Positions 20,516 through 32,239 of a stretch of DNA of 64,000 nucleotides are shown in pieces. Source of the DNA: an uncultured Candidatus Rokubacteria bacterium (GTDB lineage Bacteria > Methylomirabilota > Methylomirabilia > Rokubacteriales > DASRDR01). The first letter of the stretch is position 1, and each line of letters opens with the position of its first letter. The DNA is taken from assembly GCA_963708025.1 (NCBI GenBank), contig CAVPSB010000014.1, positions 503,271-567,270 on the forward strand. Direction: 5' to 3'. A program made the translations under genes and the position numbers. Below the pieces are notes generated by a model. That model was given only the letters and a program-made list of their open reading frames with translations, was not told the DNA's origin and ran no database searches.

Positions 20516-21676
20516 ATGCGTCGCGTCTATCTGGATCACAACGCGTCGACCGCGGTGCACCCCGAGGTGCTGGCGGCGATGCTCCCGTACTTCGCCGAGC
20601 AATACGGCAATCCCTCGAGCATCCACGGCTTCGGCCGTGAGGCCCGCGATGCCGTCGAGGCGGCCCGGGAAGAGATCGCCGGCTTCCTCGGCGTCGCCCC
20701 GGAGGAGTTCGTCTTCACCTCGGGAGGCACCGAATCGGACAACCTGGCGATCAAGGGCGTCGCCCACGGGCGCGGCCGGGGCCACGTGATCACGTCCCAG
20801 GTCGAGCACCACGCGGCCCTGAGAAGCTGTCAGGCGCTGGAGCGGGCCGGCTACACGGTCACCTACCTGCCGGTGGATGGCACCGGCATGGTGGATCCCG
20901 ACGACCTCCGGCGAGCCATCCGACCCGACACGATCCTCATCACGATCATGTACGCCAACAGCGAGGTGGGGACGATCATGCCGGTCACCGAGATCGGACG
21001 GATCGCCCGGGAGCACGGCATCCCGTTTCACACCGACGCCGTCCAGGCCTTCGGGAAGATCCCGTTCAGAGTGCGCGACCTCGGCGTCAGCCTCCTGTCG
21101 TGCTCGTCCCACAAGATCTACGGACCCAAGGGACTGGGCGGCCTCTACATCGCGAAGGGGACGAAGATGGTGTCGATCCAGCACGGCGGCGACCACGAGC
21201 GGCGCCGCCGGGCGGGGACGGAGAACGTGCCGGCGATCGTCGGGTTCGGCAAGGCGGTGGCGGTGCGGGCGCGCGACATGCAGGAAGAGGCCGAGCGCGT
21301 CCGCGGGCTGCGGGACCGACTGTGGGAGAGTGTCCGCGCGAGCGTGGCGGATGTGCGGCTCAACGGGCATCCCATGGAGCGGCTGCCCGGGACGCTGAAC
21401 ATGAGCTTCCGCGGTCTCGAGGCCGAGTCGCTGATCCTGGCGCTGGACCTCAAGGGGATCGGGGCCTCGGCCGGCTCGGCGTGCACCTCGGGGAGCCTCG
21501 AGCCGTCATACGTGGTGACCGCGATGGGGGTGCCGACCGAGTGGGCGCTCGGCGCGCTGCGGTGCTCGCTCGGCCGCAGCACGAGCGCCGCGGACATCGA
21601 CTACGTGCTGGAGGTGTTGCCGGCGGCGGTGGGGCGCATACGCGCCATGTCGCCGACCGCGGCGGCCACGGCGTGA
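20516..21676 (+). CDS. nifS: Second cysteine desulfurase (NifS/IscS-type)
   Basis: VYLDHNAST, YGNPSSIH, SSHKIYGPKG, RRAGTENV, SAGSACTSGSLEPSYV. Confidence 0.92.
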   Translation: MRRVYLDHNASTAVHPEVLAAMLPYFAEQYGNPSSIHGFGREARDAVEAAREEIAGFLGVAPEEFVFTSGGTESDNLAIKGVAHGRGRGHVITSQVEHHAALRSCQALERAGYTVTYLPVDGTGMVDPDDLRRAIRPDTILITIMYANSEVGTIMPVTEIGRIAREHGIPFHTDAVQAFGKIPFRVRDLGVSLLSCSSHKIYGPKGLGGLYIAKGTKMVSIQHGGDHERRRRAGTENVPAIVGFGKAVAVRARDMQEEAERVRGLRDRLWESVRASVADVRLNGHPMERLPGTLNMSFRGLEAESLILALDLKGIGASAGSACTSGSLEPSYVVTAMGVPTEWALGALRCSLGRSTSAADIDYVLEVLPAAVGRIRAMSPTAAATA

Positions 21677-22062
21677 ACTACAGCGAGACGCTGATCGAGC
21701 ACTTCCGGGCGCCCCGCAACGTCGGGATGATGCGCAACGCCGACGCGGTCGGAGAGAGCCAGGACCCCAGCTGCGGGGACCTGGCCCGCTTCTACCTGCG
21801 GGTCCTCGACGGCCGCATCGCCGAGGCGCGCTTCCAGACGTATGGCTGCGGGCCGTCCATCGCGGCCTCGAGCCTGGCCACCGAGCTGGTCCAGGGCCGC
21901 GCGGTCGGCGAGCTGGCCGAGCTGACCCCCCTGGCGGTGGAGCGGGCCCTGGGCGGGCTGCCCGACGAGCGCCGTCACGCGGCCAGCGTGGTGGTGGCCG
22001 CGCTGCACGCGGCGGCGACCCAGTACCGGGCGGCGCAATCCGGGGAGGCCGGTCGTGCTTGA
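21673..22062 (+). CDS. IscU/NifU-N-like scaffold paralogue lacking the third Cys
   Basis: [41 protein letters not shown]. Confidence 0.85.
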   Translation: MNYSETLIEHFRAPRNVGMMRNADAVGESQDPSCGDLARFYLRVLDGRIAEARFQTYGCGPSIAASSLATELVQGRAVGELAELTPLAVERALGGLPDERRHAASVVVAALHAAATQYRAAQSGEAGRA

Positions 22063-22717
22063 CGCGATCCGCCGCGACATCGCGGCGGCGATGGCCCGGG
22101 ACCCGGCGGCGCGCAGCCGGCTCGAGGTGGTGCTCTGCTACCCGGGCGTCCACGCGCTCGCGCTCCACCGGCTCGCCCACCGCCTCTGGGGGACCGGCTG
22201 GTACGTGAGCGCCCGCCTGGTCTCCCACCTGTCGCGCTTCCTCACCGGCATCGAGATCCACCCGGCGGCTCGCCTCGGCGAGGGCGTCTTCATCGACCAC
22301 GGCATGGGCGTGGTGATCGGCGAGACCGCGGAGGTGGCCGAGAACGTCACCCTGTACCAGGGCGTGACGCTGGGGGGCACCAGCCTCAAGCGGGAAAAGC
22401 GCCATCCGACGCTGGAGCGCGACGTGGTGGTGGGAACCGGTGCGGCGGTCATGGGGGCGATCACCGTGGGGGAGGGGACGCGCATCGGCGCGGGGTCGGT
22501 CGTGGTCCGGGATGTCCCGCCCAACTCGGTGGTGGTCGGGGTTCCGGGCAAGGTCATCTCGCGGGACGGCAAGCAGATGCGGGAGTCGGTCGATCTCGAG
22601 CACGCCGATCTGCCGGATCCGCTGGCCCGGACGATCGAGCAGATGCTGGACCGCATCCACGCGCTGGAGCTCGAGGTCGATACGCTGCGGAGATCTTCAC
22701 GGGAGGTGAGCCGGTGA
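22055..22717 (+). CDS. cysE: Serine O-acetyltransferase
   Basis: [35 protein letters not shown], hexapeptide repeats. Confidence 0.95.
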   Translation: MLDAIRRDIAAAMARDPAARSRLEVVLCYPGVHALALHRLAHRLWGTGWYVSARLVSHLSRFLTGIEIHPAARLGEGVFIDHGMGVVIGETAEVAENVTLYQGVTLGGTSLKREKRHPTLERDVVVGTGAAVMGAITVGEGTRIGAGSVVVRDVPPNSVVVGVPGKVISRDGKQMRESVDLEHADLPDPLARTIEQMLDRIHALELEVDTLRRSSREVSR

Positions 22718-22902
22718 CGTTCAAGGACGCGATGACGGTCAAGGAGGCGTCGAGCTACCTGGCGATGGACGAAGGCACGGTGGCCCGAATGGCCGAGGCC
22801 CGCCAGATCCCGGCTGTCAAGGTCGAGGAGCAGTGGGTCTTCTCGCGCAAGTCGCTTCAGAAGTGGCAGCGCCTCCGCGAGCGCCGGAGCTGGCGCGCCT
22901 AG
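22714..22902 (+). CDS. Small excisionase-like HTH protein
   Basis: [35 protein letters not shown]. Confidence 0.8.
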   Translation: MTFKDAMTVKEASSYLAMDEGTVARMAEARQIPAVKVEEQWVFSRKSLQKWQRLRERRSWRA

Positions 22903-22984
22903 CTCTTCGACACGGCCACCAGCCGTCGCGCGATCCGGTGGGCCCCGGGCCAGGCAGCCCCGCACCGGTGGCGGGCGAATCCCG

Positions 22985-24163
22985 ATGAGTAGTCGGGCGA
23001 TCCTCCACGTCGACATGGACGCGTTCTACGCCGCCGTGGAGCAGCGGGATCGCCCCGAGCTCCGCGGCCAACCGGTCGTGGTCGGCGCCGACCCGCGGGG
23101 GCGCGGGGTGGTGTCGGCGGCGTCCTACGAGGCCCGGCGCTACGGCATCCACTCCGCCATGCCGATCGGTCAGGCATATCGCCTCTGCCCCCACGCCGCC
23201 TATCTTCCGGTCGACATGTCGAAGTACGTCCGCGTCTCCGCCGAGATCATGGCCATTCTGGGAGCGTTCACCCCGCTGGTGGAGCCGCTGTCCCTCGACG
23301 AGGCCTTCCTCGACGTCACCGGCTCCCGGTCCCTCTTCGGGTCTTCGGTCGAGATCGCGCGCGCGATCAAGACACGCATCCGGTCCGAGGTCGAGCTGAC
23401 GGCGTCAGCGGGGGTGGCGCCGAACAAGTTCCTCGCCAAGGTCGCCTCCGACCTCCGGAAGCCCGACGGGCTGGTCGAGGTCCGGCCGGGCGAGGAGGCC
23501 GCCTTCCTGCGCGAGCTGCCGATCTCCCGGCTGTGGGGGGTCGGGCCGGCGGCGGAGGCGGCGCTGGCCCGGCTCGGCGCCCGGACGATCGGCGAGCTGG
23601 CCGCGCTGGCCCCCCGGATCCTGGTCGAGCGCCTCGGCTCCTCCGGCGCCCACCTCCAGGCGCTGGCCCGCGGCGAGGACGATCGGCCGGTCGTCCCCTG
23701 GGAGGACCCGAAGTCGGTGGGCGCGGAGGAGACCTTCGAGCGCGACACCCGGGACCTGGCCCGGCTTCGCCGGACCCTGCTCGGGCAGGCCGATCGCGTG
23801 GCGGCCGAGCTGCGGGGGCTGGGGCTCCGGGGTCGGACGGTCACGCTGAAGGTCCGGTTCGCCGACTTCCAGACGCTGACCCGTCGCGCCAGCGCCCCGG
23901 TGCCGCTCGCCGACGGGGGGGAGATCTTCCGGTCGGCGTGGGAGACCCTGGTGCGCCTCCCCCGCCCGCAGCCGATCCGACTGATCGGGCTCTCGGTGTC
24001 CGGGCTCCAAAAGGACGCCGACCCTCGTCAGCTCCCGCTGTTCGGCCCGGGGGGGCGCGCCGAGCAGGTGGGACGGCTGTCCGACGAGCTGCGGGCGCGC
24101 TTCGGTCCCGGCGCCATTCGCCGCGCCAGCCTTCTTGTCCCGCCCCGGCCCGAGCCCCTATAA
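22985..24163 (+). CDS. dinB: DNA polymerase IV
   Basis: ILHVDMDAFYAAVEQRD, SYEARRYG, LSLDEAFLD, LAKVASD..KPDG. Confidence 0.95.
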   Translation: MSSRAILHVDMDAFYAAVEQRDRPELRGQPVVVGADPRGRGVVSAASYEARRYGIHSAMPIGQAYRLCPHAAYLPVDMSKYVRVSAEIMAILGAFTPLVEPLSLDEAFLDVTGSRSLFGSSVEIARAIKTRIRSEVELTASAGVAPNKFLAKVASDLRKPDGLVEVRPGEEAAFLRELPISRLWGVGPAAEAALARLGARTIGELAALAPRILVERLGSSGAHLQALARGEDDRPVVPWEDPKSVGAEETFERDTRDLARLRRTLLGQADRVAAELRGLGLRGRTVTLKVRFADFQTLTRRASAPVPLADGGEIFRSAWETLVRLPRPQPIRLIGLSVSGLQKDADPRQLPLFGPGGRAEQVGRLSDELRARFGPGAIRRASLLVPPRPEPL

Positions 24164-24236
24164 TCCTGACAAGCACGGCGCGCGTCCGACATCGACCGGC
24201 ACCGGAACCCACCACCCAGTCAGAGGAGGTCGAGCA

Positions 24237-25443
24237 ATGAGGCTCAGATTGCTCCTGGCATGCCTCGCGGTTGTCTTCGTGTCCTCCATCGCCCCGAGCG
24301 GGGTCTGGGCCCAGGCGAGCGTTCCTGGCGTCAGCGACACCGAGGTCGTGCTGGGGCTCACCACGCCGCTGTCGGGACCGGCCGCGGTCTGGGGCACGAC
24401 GGCCCTGGCGGCCGAGGCCTGGGCCAAGCACGTCAACGAGCAGGGTGGCGTCCACGGCCGCAAGATCAAGACGGTCCTGAAGGACGACGGCTACAATCCG
24501 GGGCGGGCGGTGGCCAACGTCGGCGAGCTGAAGGATTCGGTGTTCGCCCTCGTCGGCCTGCTGGGGACCGCCATCCTGAACGCGAACAAGGACAACGTCG
24601 CCGAGGCCAAGCTTCCCACCATCTGGCCGTACGGCAACCCCCAGATCTTCGCCAAGCAGCCGAGGGAGAAGCTCCGCGACGGTCTTCATGGTCTACCCGG
24701 ACTACGCTGGACGAGGGCGAGTTCCTGGTCCAGCAGGCGGCCAAGCTGGAAGGCGCCAAGAAGATCGCCGTCTTCTTCCAGAACGACGACTACGGCAAGG
24801 GGGGCCTGGACGGCGTGAAGCGCGGCCTCAAGGGCCTGAGCGGGGTCAGCCTGACCGGCGAGGTGTCGTACGAGGTCGCCGACCGCGAGCTGGGGACCCA
24901 CGCGCTCAAGATCAAGGACTCGGGCGCCGACACGCGTGATCTTCTATTCCACGGCGCCGCACTGCGCCGGCCTGATCAAGGAGATGGCGAAGGCCGGCTA
25001 TCGCCCGAAGATCTTCGCGTCCTTCCCCCTGGGCGACCGGCACACCATGTTCCGGCTGCTCGGTGATCTCTGGGAAGGGGCGTACTACAACGTCACCGGC
25101 GCCGTCCCCGGCGAGCCCGACGCCGACCGGGCGGTCGAGGTCCTGCTCAAGCAGGATCCGAAGCTCAAGGGGCGGGAGAGCTTCGCCCTGGCCGGGGCGA
25201 CGGCGATGATCGCCACCGTGGAAGGGCTCAAGCGGGCCGGCCGGAACCTCACGCGGGACGGCTTCGTCGAGGCCATGGAGACGATCAAGGACTGGACGCC
25301 GGAGAAGCTGACGGCGCCGATCACCTGGGGACCGAACCGCCGGCACGGCCTGAACGCCGTCCGCCTGATGCAGGCCAAGAAGGCGGCCGACGCCTCGTTC
25401 GCGACCATCACCGGGCTACCAGATCTTCCCGCCGCAGTTCTGA
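24237..25443 (+). CDS. LIV-type ABC substrate-binding protein, frameshifted
   Basis: GVSDTEVVLG..PLSGPAA, GGVHGRKI, DDGYNP, QNDDYGKGG; indels near 24680, 24710, 24935 and 25415. Confidence 0.85.
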
Positions 25444-25476
25444 CGGCGGAGGAGGGCTTCCCCCCGACGATCGGCG

Positions 25477-26230
25477 ATGGGCGCCCTGCTCGAGGTCCGC
25501 GGCCTGTCGCTCGCCTTCGGGGGGATCCAGGCGCTGTCCGGCGTCGGGGTGACCATCGCGGAAGGGGAGACCCTCGCGGTGATCGGCCCCAACGGCTCCG
25601 GCAAGACCTCGCTCTTCAACTGCATCACGGGGATCTACCGTCCCACCGACGGTGCCATCACGCTGGCGGGGGAGAGCCTGCTGGGGCTCTCGCCCGACGC
25701 GGTCACCCGGCGGGGTGTCGCCCGCACGTTCCAGAACCTGCGCCTGTTCCACAACCTGTCGGTGCTCGACAACCTGCTCGTCGGCCGGCACCTGCACTTC
25801 GAGCGGAGCCTCCTCCACGCCCTGCTCCGCCGGCGCGGCGAGGAGATCCGACATCGCCGGCACTGCGAGGAGATCGTCGAGTTCCTGAACCTGGAGCCGT
25901 ACCGCAAGAGCCGCGTGGCCGACTGCCCCTACGGCGTCCAGAAGCGGGTCGAGCTGGGCCGGGCGCTGGCCACCGAGCCACGGCTCCTGCTCCTCGACGA
26001 GCCGGTGTCGGGTCTGACTGCCGAGGAGAAGGAAGAGTTCGCCTACTGGATCCACGAGATCCGCGGGCGTTTCGGCATCACGGTCCTGCTGGTCGAGCAC
26101 GACCTGCGCATCGCCTCGCGGCTCGCCAGTCGGATGGTCGCCCTCGACCACGGGGTGAAGATCGCGGAGGGGACGCCCGACGGAGGTCCAGCGCCACCCC
26201 GACGTGATCAGGGCGTACCTCGGGGCGTGA
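25477..26230 (+). CDS. ABC ATP-binding protein (LivG-like), indel near 26180
   Basis: GPNGSGKT, ARTFQN, LLLLDEP, VEHD, DVIRAYLG. Confidence 0.88.
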
Positions 26231-27049
26231 TCGCGGCCAGGCCGGACGCCTGCCGCGTGCGTCCCCGAGGCGGCCCGCCTCCCGTCACCAGCATCGAGAC
26301 GCTGTACTTCGACCGGATCTACGCCCTGTTCGGCGTGTCGCTGGAGGTGCCCGAGCGCCAGATCTTCGCGGTGCTCGGCCCGAACGGCGCCGGCAAGACG
26401 ACGCTGCTGCGGACGGTCGCCGGGCTCCTCAAGGACCAGCCGAAGAAGGGGACGATCGAGTTCGGCGGGCCGGCGCATCGAGCGGCGATCGCCGGAGCCG
26501 ATCGCCAACCTGGGGATCGTCTACGTGCCGGAGGACCGGGGACTGTTCCGGGAGCTGACGGTGGCCGAGAACCTCGATCTGGGCCTGTGGGGTCGGCGGG
26601 ACGCCGCCGTCGGGCGATGACCTCGAGTTCGTCTACGGGATGTTCCCGATCCTGCGGGAGCGCGCGCGCCAGCAGGCCGAGACGCTGTCGGGCGGAGAGC
26701 AGCAGATGCTGGCGCTCGGGCGGGCCATGCTCCGGCGACCCCGGCTCCTGATGCTGGACGAGCCCTCGCTCGGCCTCGCCCCCCAGGTGGCCCGCGCGGT
26801 CTTCGAGGCGCTCGGTCACGATCAGCGGGCGGGGCACCACGATCCTGCTCGTCGAGCAGAACGCGCGCCTGGCGCTCGGGGTGGCCCACCAGCGTGGCGA
26901 TCCTGGAGGCGGGCCGCGTGGTGCTCCAGGGCACGCCGAAGGACCTCGAGGAGCACGAGGACGTCCGCGAGGCGTACCTGGGGCTGGGTGTCACCGAGAG
27001 CGCCTCGCCGCGGGGCTGGCGGCTCTACCGGAAACGGAGGCGATGGTGA
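26227..27049 (+). CDS. ABC ATP-binding protein (LivF-like), frameshifted
   Basis: [43 protein letters not shown]. Confidence 0.85.
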
Positions 27050-28868
27050 TGACACCGACGGAGACGAGGGCCCGGACGCTCCCCGAGCTGTTCTTCGACC
27101 AGGTCCGGCAGCGCGGGGACGCGCTGGCCCTCCGCTACAAGGCGTACGGCATCTGGCACCGGGTGTCGTGGACGCGACTACGGGGAGTGAGGTGCGGAGG
27201 GTGGCCGGCGGCCTCCTGGCCTTCGGGCTCCGCCCCGCAGGAGAACGTGGCGGTGCTGGGCGACAACCGGCCGGAGTGGCTCTACTGCCACCTCGGGATC
27301 ATGACCGCCGGCGGTCGCACGTGCGGCATCTACGCCACCTCGTCGGCCGAGCAGGTGACGCTACCTCTTGAACCACTCCGAGGCCAGAATCCTGTTCCTG
27401 GAGAACGAGGAGCAGCTCGAGAAGGTGCTCACCGTCGTCGGCGAGACCCGGCGTCGAGCGGCTCGTCATCTGGGACGCCAAGGGACTGTGGGGCTTCGCC
27501 GACCTCGGGTCATCTTCTTCGACGACTTCGTCAAGGAGGGCCAGCTCTACCTCGACTCCCACCCGGGCGCCTTCGACGCGCGCCTGCCAGGCCATCTCGC
27601 CCGACGACACCGCCATGATCATCTACACCTCGGGCACGACCGGGCCGCCGAAGGGCGCGATGCTCGCCCACCGGAACATCCTGTGGGTGCTGGAAGCCAC
27701 CCTCCAGGCCATCCCGTGGCGGCCGGACGACGAGGTGATCTCGTACCTCCCCTTCGCCCACATCTTCGAGAACTTCACCTCGGTCTTCGACGCGATCCGT
27801 CTGGGCTACGTGGTCAACTTCGTCGAGAGCCCGGAGACCCTGTTCCAGAACCTCATGGAGCTGTCGCCGACCTACTTCGCCGGGCCGCCGCGGATCTGGG
27901 AGAAGCTGGCCTCGACGGTGGAGCTGCGGATGGCCGACTCCACCGTGTTCAAGCGCACCCTCTACCGGTTGGCCGTCTCGGTCGGCCGGCGCCACGCCCG
28001 GGCATTGCACACCGGTCGGATCCCCGGGTGGCTCCGGGCCGCCTACGGCCTGGCCTACGGCACCGTCCTCTACCCCCTCAAGCGGCGGCTCGGCTTCGAG
28101 CGGACCCGCATCGCGATCTCGGCGGCGGCGCCGGCGGCGCCGGAGCTGTTCGAGTACTTCCACGCCCTGGGCGTGCCGCTCCTGGAGGTCTACGGTCAGA
28201 CCGAATCCACCGGGATCATCTCCGCCAACCGGCCGGGACGGGAGCGGGTGGGGACGGTGGGGGAGGCGATCCCCGGGGTGGAGGTGGCGCTGGCCGATGA
28301 CGGCGAGATCCTGACCCGGGGGCCTCACGTCTTCCAGGGCTACTTCAAGGATCCCGAGCTGACCGCCCAGACGGTCGACCGGGACGGCTGGCTCCACACC
28401 GGGGACGTCGGCGCCTGGGAAGACGGCTACCTCAAGATCCTCGACCGCAAGAAGGACATCATCATCACCGCCGGCGGGAAGAACATCACGCCCGCCTACG
28501 TCGAGAACAAGCTGAAGTTCAGCCCGTACATCCAGGACGCGGTGGTGATCGGCGACCGGCGCAAGTACGTGGTCGCCCTGATCCTGATCGACGAGGACAA
28601 CGTCACCAAGTTCGCCCAGGACCACCGCATCCCCTTCAGCACCTTTGCCGACCTGACCCAGAACCCCGAGGTCCAGCGGCTGGTCGGCCAGGAGGTCGAC
28701 CGTGTGAACCGGACGCTCTCGCAGGTGGAGAGCGTCAAGAAGTTCGCCCTCCTGCCGCGCCGCTTCTACGAGGAGGAGGGCGACGTGACCCCGACCAAGA
28801 AGGTCAAGCGCCGGAACCTCGAGCAGCGGTATGCGGAGGTGATCGAGTCGCTGTACCGGGAGCGGTAG
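27049..28868 (+). CDS. Long-chain acyl-CoA synthetase (AMP-binding), frameshifted N-terminus
   Basis: [54 protein letters not shown]. Confidence 0.9.
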
Positions 28869-28874
28869 CCCGAC

Positions 28875-29857
28875 GTGGACCTGGTCGAGACCTACCGGGA
28901 GGACCTGGCGTTCGCGCGGAAGCCGCTGGCGCGCGCCCTGCTGGCGGCGCTGGTCGCCGCCCTCCTGGTGCTGCCCTGGTACGCGCAGGGCTCCTGGCTG
29001 GTCCGGCTGAGCCTGATCTACCTCTACGCGATCGGCGTCATGGGCCAGAACTTGCTGATCGGCTACACGGGGCTGATCTCGTTCGGGCAGGCCGGCTTCC
29101 TCGCCATCGGCGCCTACGCCTTCGGCCACCTCCGGCTCCTCGGCGTGCCGTTCCTGCTCGCGCTGGCCGGGGCCGGGGTCGCCGCGGGGCTGGCCGGCGC
29201 CCTCGTCGGCTTCCCGTCGCTCCGGCTCAAGGGCCCGTATCTGGCCATCGCCACCCTCGGCTTCGGCGTCGCGGTCTACCAGGTGTTCGCCAACTCGGAG
29301 GTCCTGTCGGGCGGTCGCTCGGGACTCGCCATCGCCAAGCTCCAGCCGCCGTTCGGGTGGCGGCGCGAGGTCTACGTCTACTACGTCTACCTGGGCCTCC
29401 TGCTCGTCTTCACCGCCGCCACCTACAACCTGGTCTCCTCTTACGTCGGCCGCGCCTTCGTCGCGATCCGGGACAGCGACATCGCCGCCGAGGTCATGGG
29501 GGTCAACCTGACCCGCTACAAGCTCCTGGCCTTCGCGATCTCGTCGCTCTACACCGGGCGTCCACGGCGCTCTCTTCGCCCAGTTCCTCGGCCACCTGGA
29601 GCCCCAGACCTTCAACGTCGGCGAGTCCCTCACGATGTTCGTCGCGGTCATCGTCGGCGGGCGTCGCCTCGGTCGAGGGGTCGATCTTCGGCGCCGCCTT
29701 CGTCATCCTGGTGCCGAGCCTGCTCTCCGACTACCGCTGGTTCGTACCCGTGCTCTTCGGCGTCACCATCCTGGTCGTGCTGATCTTCGAGCCGCTCGGG
29801 CTGGCCGGCCGCTGGCTCAAGACCCGCCTCTACTTCCGGCTCTGGCCCTTCCGGTAG
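28875..29857 (+). CDS. ABC permease (LivM-like), frameshifted
   Basis: GYTGLISFGQAGF, LRLKGPYLAIATLGF, GRAFVAIRDS. Confidence 0.88.
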
Positions 29858-29867
29858 AGCGCCGGCC

Positions 29868-30752
29868 ATGGACAAGCTCCTCCAGTACACGCTGACCGGG
29901 CTCTCGGCGGGCAGCCTGTACGCCCTGGTGGCGCTCGGGGTGGTGCTGATCTACCGCTCGACCCGGGTCCTGAACTTCGCCCACGGGGACGTGGCGACCT
30001 TCGGGACGTTCGTCGCGTTCGCCCTGGTCACCCAGGGCTACCCGTTCGCGGTGGCGTTCCCGGCCGCGCTCCTCGCCGGCGCCGGCGTGGCCGTCGGCTT
30101 CTACTTCGCCGTCCTGGTGCCGGCCCAGCGGCAGGGGGCCAACCTGCTGGGACAGGTGATCCTGACCCTCGGGCTGGCCCTCATCTTCCAGGGACTGATC
30201 GTCTACTGGTGGGGCGCCGAGCCGGACCGGTTTCCGTTCCCGCTCTCCGACAGCCGAGACCTGGAAGCTCGGGCCCGTCTTCGTGAGCGAGCTGTCCCTG
30301 GGCACGCTGGCGGCCGGGCTGGTCGGCCAGCCTCCTCCTGTACCTGCTCGTCCAGAAGACGCGGCTCGGGCTGGCCATGCGGGCGACCTCCGAGAACCTT
30401 CCCGGCCGCCCAGACGCTCGGCATCCCGACCCGGCGCATCCTCGCCTTCGCGTGGGGCGTCGCCTCCGCGCTGGCCGTCGTGGCGGGCATCTTCCTGGCC
30501 CCGGCGCTCCTGCTGGACCCGTTCTTCATGCTCGACCCGTTCCTCAAGGGGTTCGCCGCCGCCGTCCTGGGCGGGCTCAACAGCCTGCCGGGCGCGGTCC
30601 TGGGCGGCCTGGTCCTCGGCGTGGCCGAGAGCCTGGCCGGGGCGTACGTGACGATCCAGTTCAAGAACACGCTGGCCTTCGTCATCATCATCGTGGTGCT
30701 CCTGGTCCGCCCCGAGGGCCTCCTGGGTCGCGAATTCAAGGAACGGGTCTAG
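29868..30752 (+). CDS. ABC permease (LivH-like), frameshifted
   Basis: YALVALGVVLIY...NFAHG, KGFAAAVLGG, RPEGLLG. Confidence 0.88.
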   Translation: MDKLLQYTLTGLSAGSLYALVALGVVLIYRSTRVLNFAHGDVATFGTFVAFALVTQGYPFAVAFPAALLAGAGVAVGFYFAVLVPAQRQGANLLGQVILTLGLALIFQGLIVYWWGAEPDRFPFPLSDSRDLEARARLRERAVPGHAGGRAGRPASSCTCSSRRRGSGWPCGRPPRTFPAAQTLGIPTRRILAFAWGVASALAVVAGIFLAPALLLDPFFMLDPFLKGFAAAVLGGLNSLPGAVLGGLVLGVAESLAGAYVTIQFKNTLAFVIIIVVLLVRPEGLLGREFKERV

Positions 30753-30786
30753 TGCGGGTCCGACCATCTGGGGTAGAATCGCCCTG

Positions 30787-31542
30787 ATGGAGCGCCCGAT
30801 CGCCTACGACAAGCTCGCCCGCGAGGACCGGTTCGTCCGGATGCGGGCCCGCCGCATCGCCGAGCTGCGCACGGAGCAGGGGCTCCCGCCGATGCCGGAC
30901 ATGAGCTCGCGGGAGTCGATCCGGGAGCGCGTCCACGGCATCCTGGTCGGCGAGCTCCAGGCCATGGAAGGGGCCGGCAGGACGGTCTACGACTTCCCGG
31001 ACGCGCCCTGGGAGTTCACGATGGACATGGCGCGGCAGGTGTGGGACGAGTCGCGGCACGTCGAGATCTACATCCGGCTGCTCGAGCATCTGGGCGGCTA
31101 CGTCGGCGAGTTCCCGGAAAGCACCATCCTCTGGCGATGCGCCTGCGCGGAGGACGCCGCGGCCCGGGTGGCGGGGGTCAACCGCGGGCTCGAAGGGCTG
31201 GCCTGTGACGTCTTCGCCCAGCTGATCGAGATCGCCCGCCGGCTCCCCGATCCGACGATCGCCCAGGCGGTCGACTACGTGCTGGCCGACGAGATCACCC
31301 ACGTGCGGATGGGCTCGTACTGGCTGAACAAGCTGACCGAGGGCGATCCCGAGCGGCGCCGCCGGGCGGTCGAGTTCCAGGAGTCGATCGACGACCGGTT
31401 CAACCTGGGCGGCATGCGCCGGGTGGGGGCCGCCGACGAGGTGCCCATCGCGATCTCGACCGAGGTCCGCCGGCTGGCGGGGTTCACCGACGAGGAGATC
31501 CAGCGCCTCGTCAAGGCCACGCAGCGCAGTCCCGTCTACTGA
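30787..31542 (+). CDS. Ferritin-like diiron protein (DUF455-like)
   Basis: GELQAME...WDESRH...LEGLACD...DEITH; TAGAAT 7 nt upstream of the ATG. Confidence 0.8.
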   Translation: MERPIAYDKLAREDRFVRMRARRIAELRTEQGLPPMPDMSSRESIRERVHGILVGELQAMEGAGRTVYDFPDAPWEFTMDMARQVWDESRHVEIYIRLLEHLGGYVGEFPESTILWRCACAEDAAARVAGVNRGLEGLACDVFAQLIEIARRLPDPTIAQAVDYVLADEITHVRMGSYWLNKLTEGDPERRRRAVEFQESIDDRFNLGGMRRVGAADEVPIAISTEVRRLAGFTDEEIQRLVKATQRSPVY

Positions 31543-31604
31543 CGCGGGGCGCGAACCCCGCCCTCGACCGCCGCCATGCGCCCGGCCTGCCGCCTGACCC
31601 GCGC

Positions 31605-32192
31605 GTGACCGCCCGCGACCCCGCCCGCGAGCTGGCCGGCTGGCTCGGCGTCGAGGCCACCGCCCGGCTCGTCCGCCGCTACCGCTACGCCGAGGAGCGG
31701 CTGATGCGGACCCTGGCCGGGTGGATCGCCCTGACGCCGGAGGTGCCCGCGAAGCTCCTGCTCGGTCGCCACGTCTGGGACTGCGCCCAGCACGCCGACC
31801 TGTGGGGCAAGCGGCTGCCCGAGCTGCGGGCTCCCGCCCAGGTCTCGGAGCCGCCGAGCGCCGACTTCGTCCGCTTCATGGATGCCCTGGAGAACCGGGA
31901 GGCGTGGGGTGAGACCCTGGAGCGCCTGACCGGTGTCTATCGCGTGCTGAAGCCCCACCTGGCCGAGGCCTACGCCCGCCACCTGGAGCGGGCCAACCCC
32001 GTTTACGAGCCGCCGACCCGGCGGATCCTCGAGCGATGCCTCGCGGAGGAGCGCCAGCACATCACCGACGGGGAGCGGGTTCTGGCGGCCCTGGCCGACA
32101 CGGACGCGCGCCGGCACCGGGTGGCGGCGTGGCAGGCCGAGCTAGGGCGCCTGCTGACCGCGGCCGGCGGCGTCACCGGGGACGTCGAGTGA
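31605..32192 (+). CDS. Ferritin-like protein with degenerate metal ligands
   Basis: AEERLMR..WIALTPE..K..LGRHVWDCAQHAD...EERQH. Confidence 0.7.
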   Translation: MTARDPARELAGWLGVEATARLVRRYRYAEERLMRTLAGWIALTPEVPAKLLLGRHVWDCAQHADLWGKRLPELRAPAQVSEPPSADFVRFMDALENREAWGETLERLTGVYRVLKPHLAEAYARHLERANPVYEPPTRRILERCLAEERQHITDGERVLAALADTDARRHRVAAWQAELGRLLTAAGGVTGDVE

Positions 32193-32239
32193 CATCCATT
32201 CTGGATCAACCCCGTGAGCGCCGTGCCGAGCAGGCGGGG

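Noticed and set aside
22935-22975. SRP-like small RNA before dinB
   Set aside because: A hairpin is present but lacks the CAGG..GGAA..AGCAG helix-8 core
22714-24163. Prophage/ICE suggested by the excisionase-like HTH plus dinB
   Set aside because: The HTH overlaps cysE, with no integrase, att site or phage genes adjacent
24237-30752. Pseudogenised ABC/ligase cluster or programmed frameshifting (also 1-6100 and 47510)
   Set aside because: Only scattered single-base indels in patches, with no premature stops or motif decay. This fits long-read error best, though real decay cannot be excluded without reads
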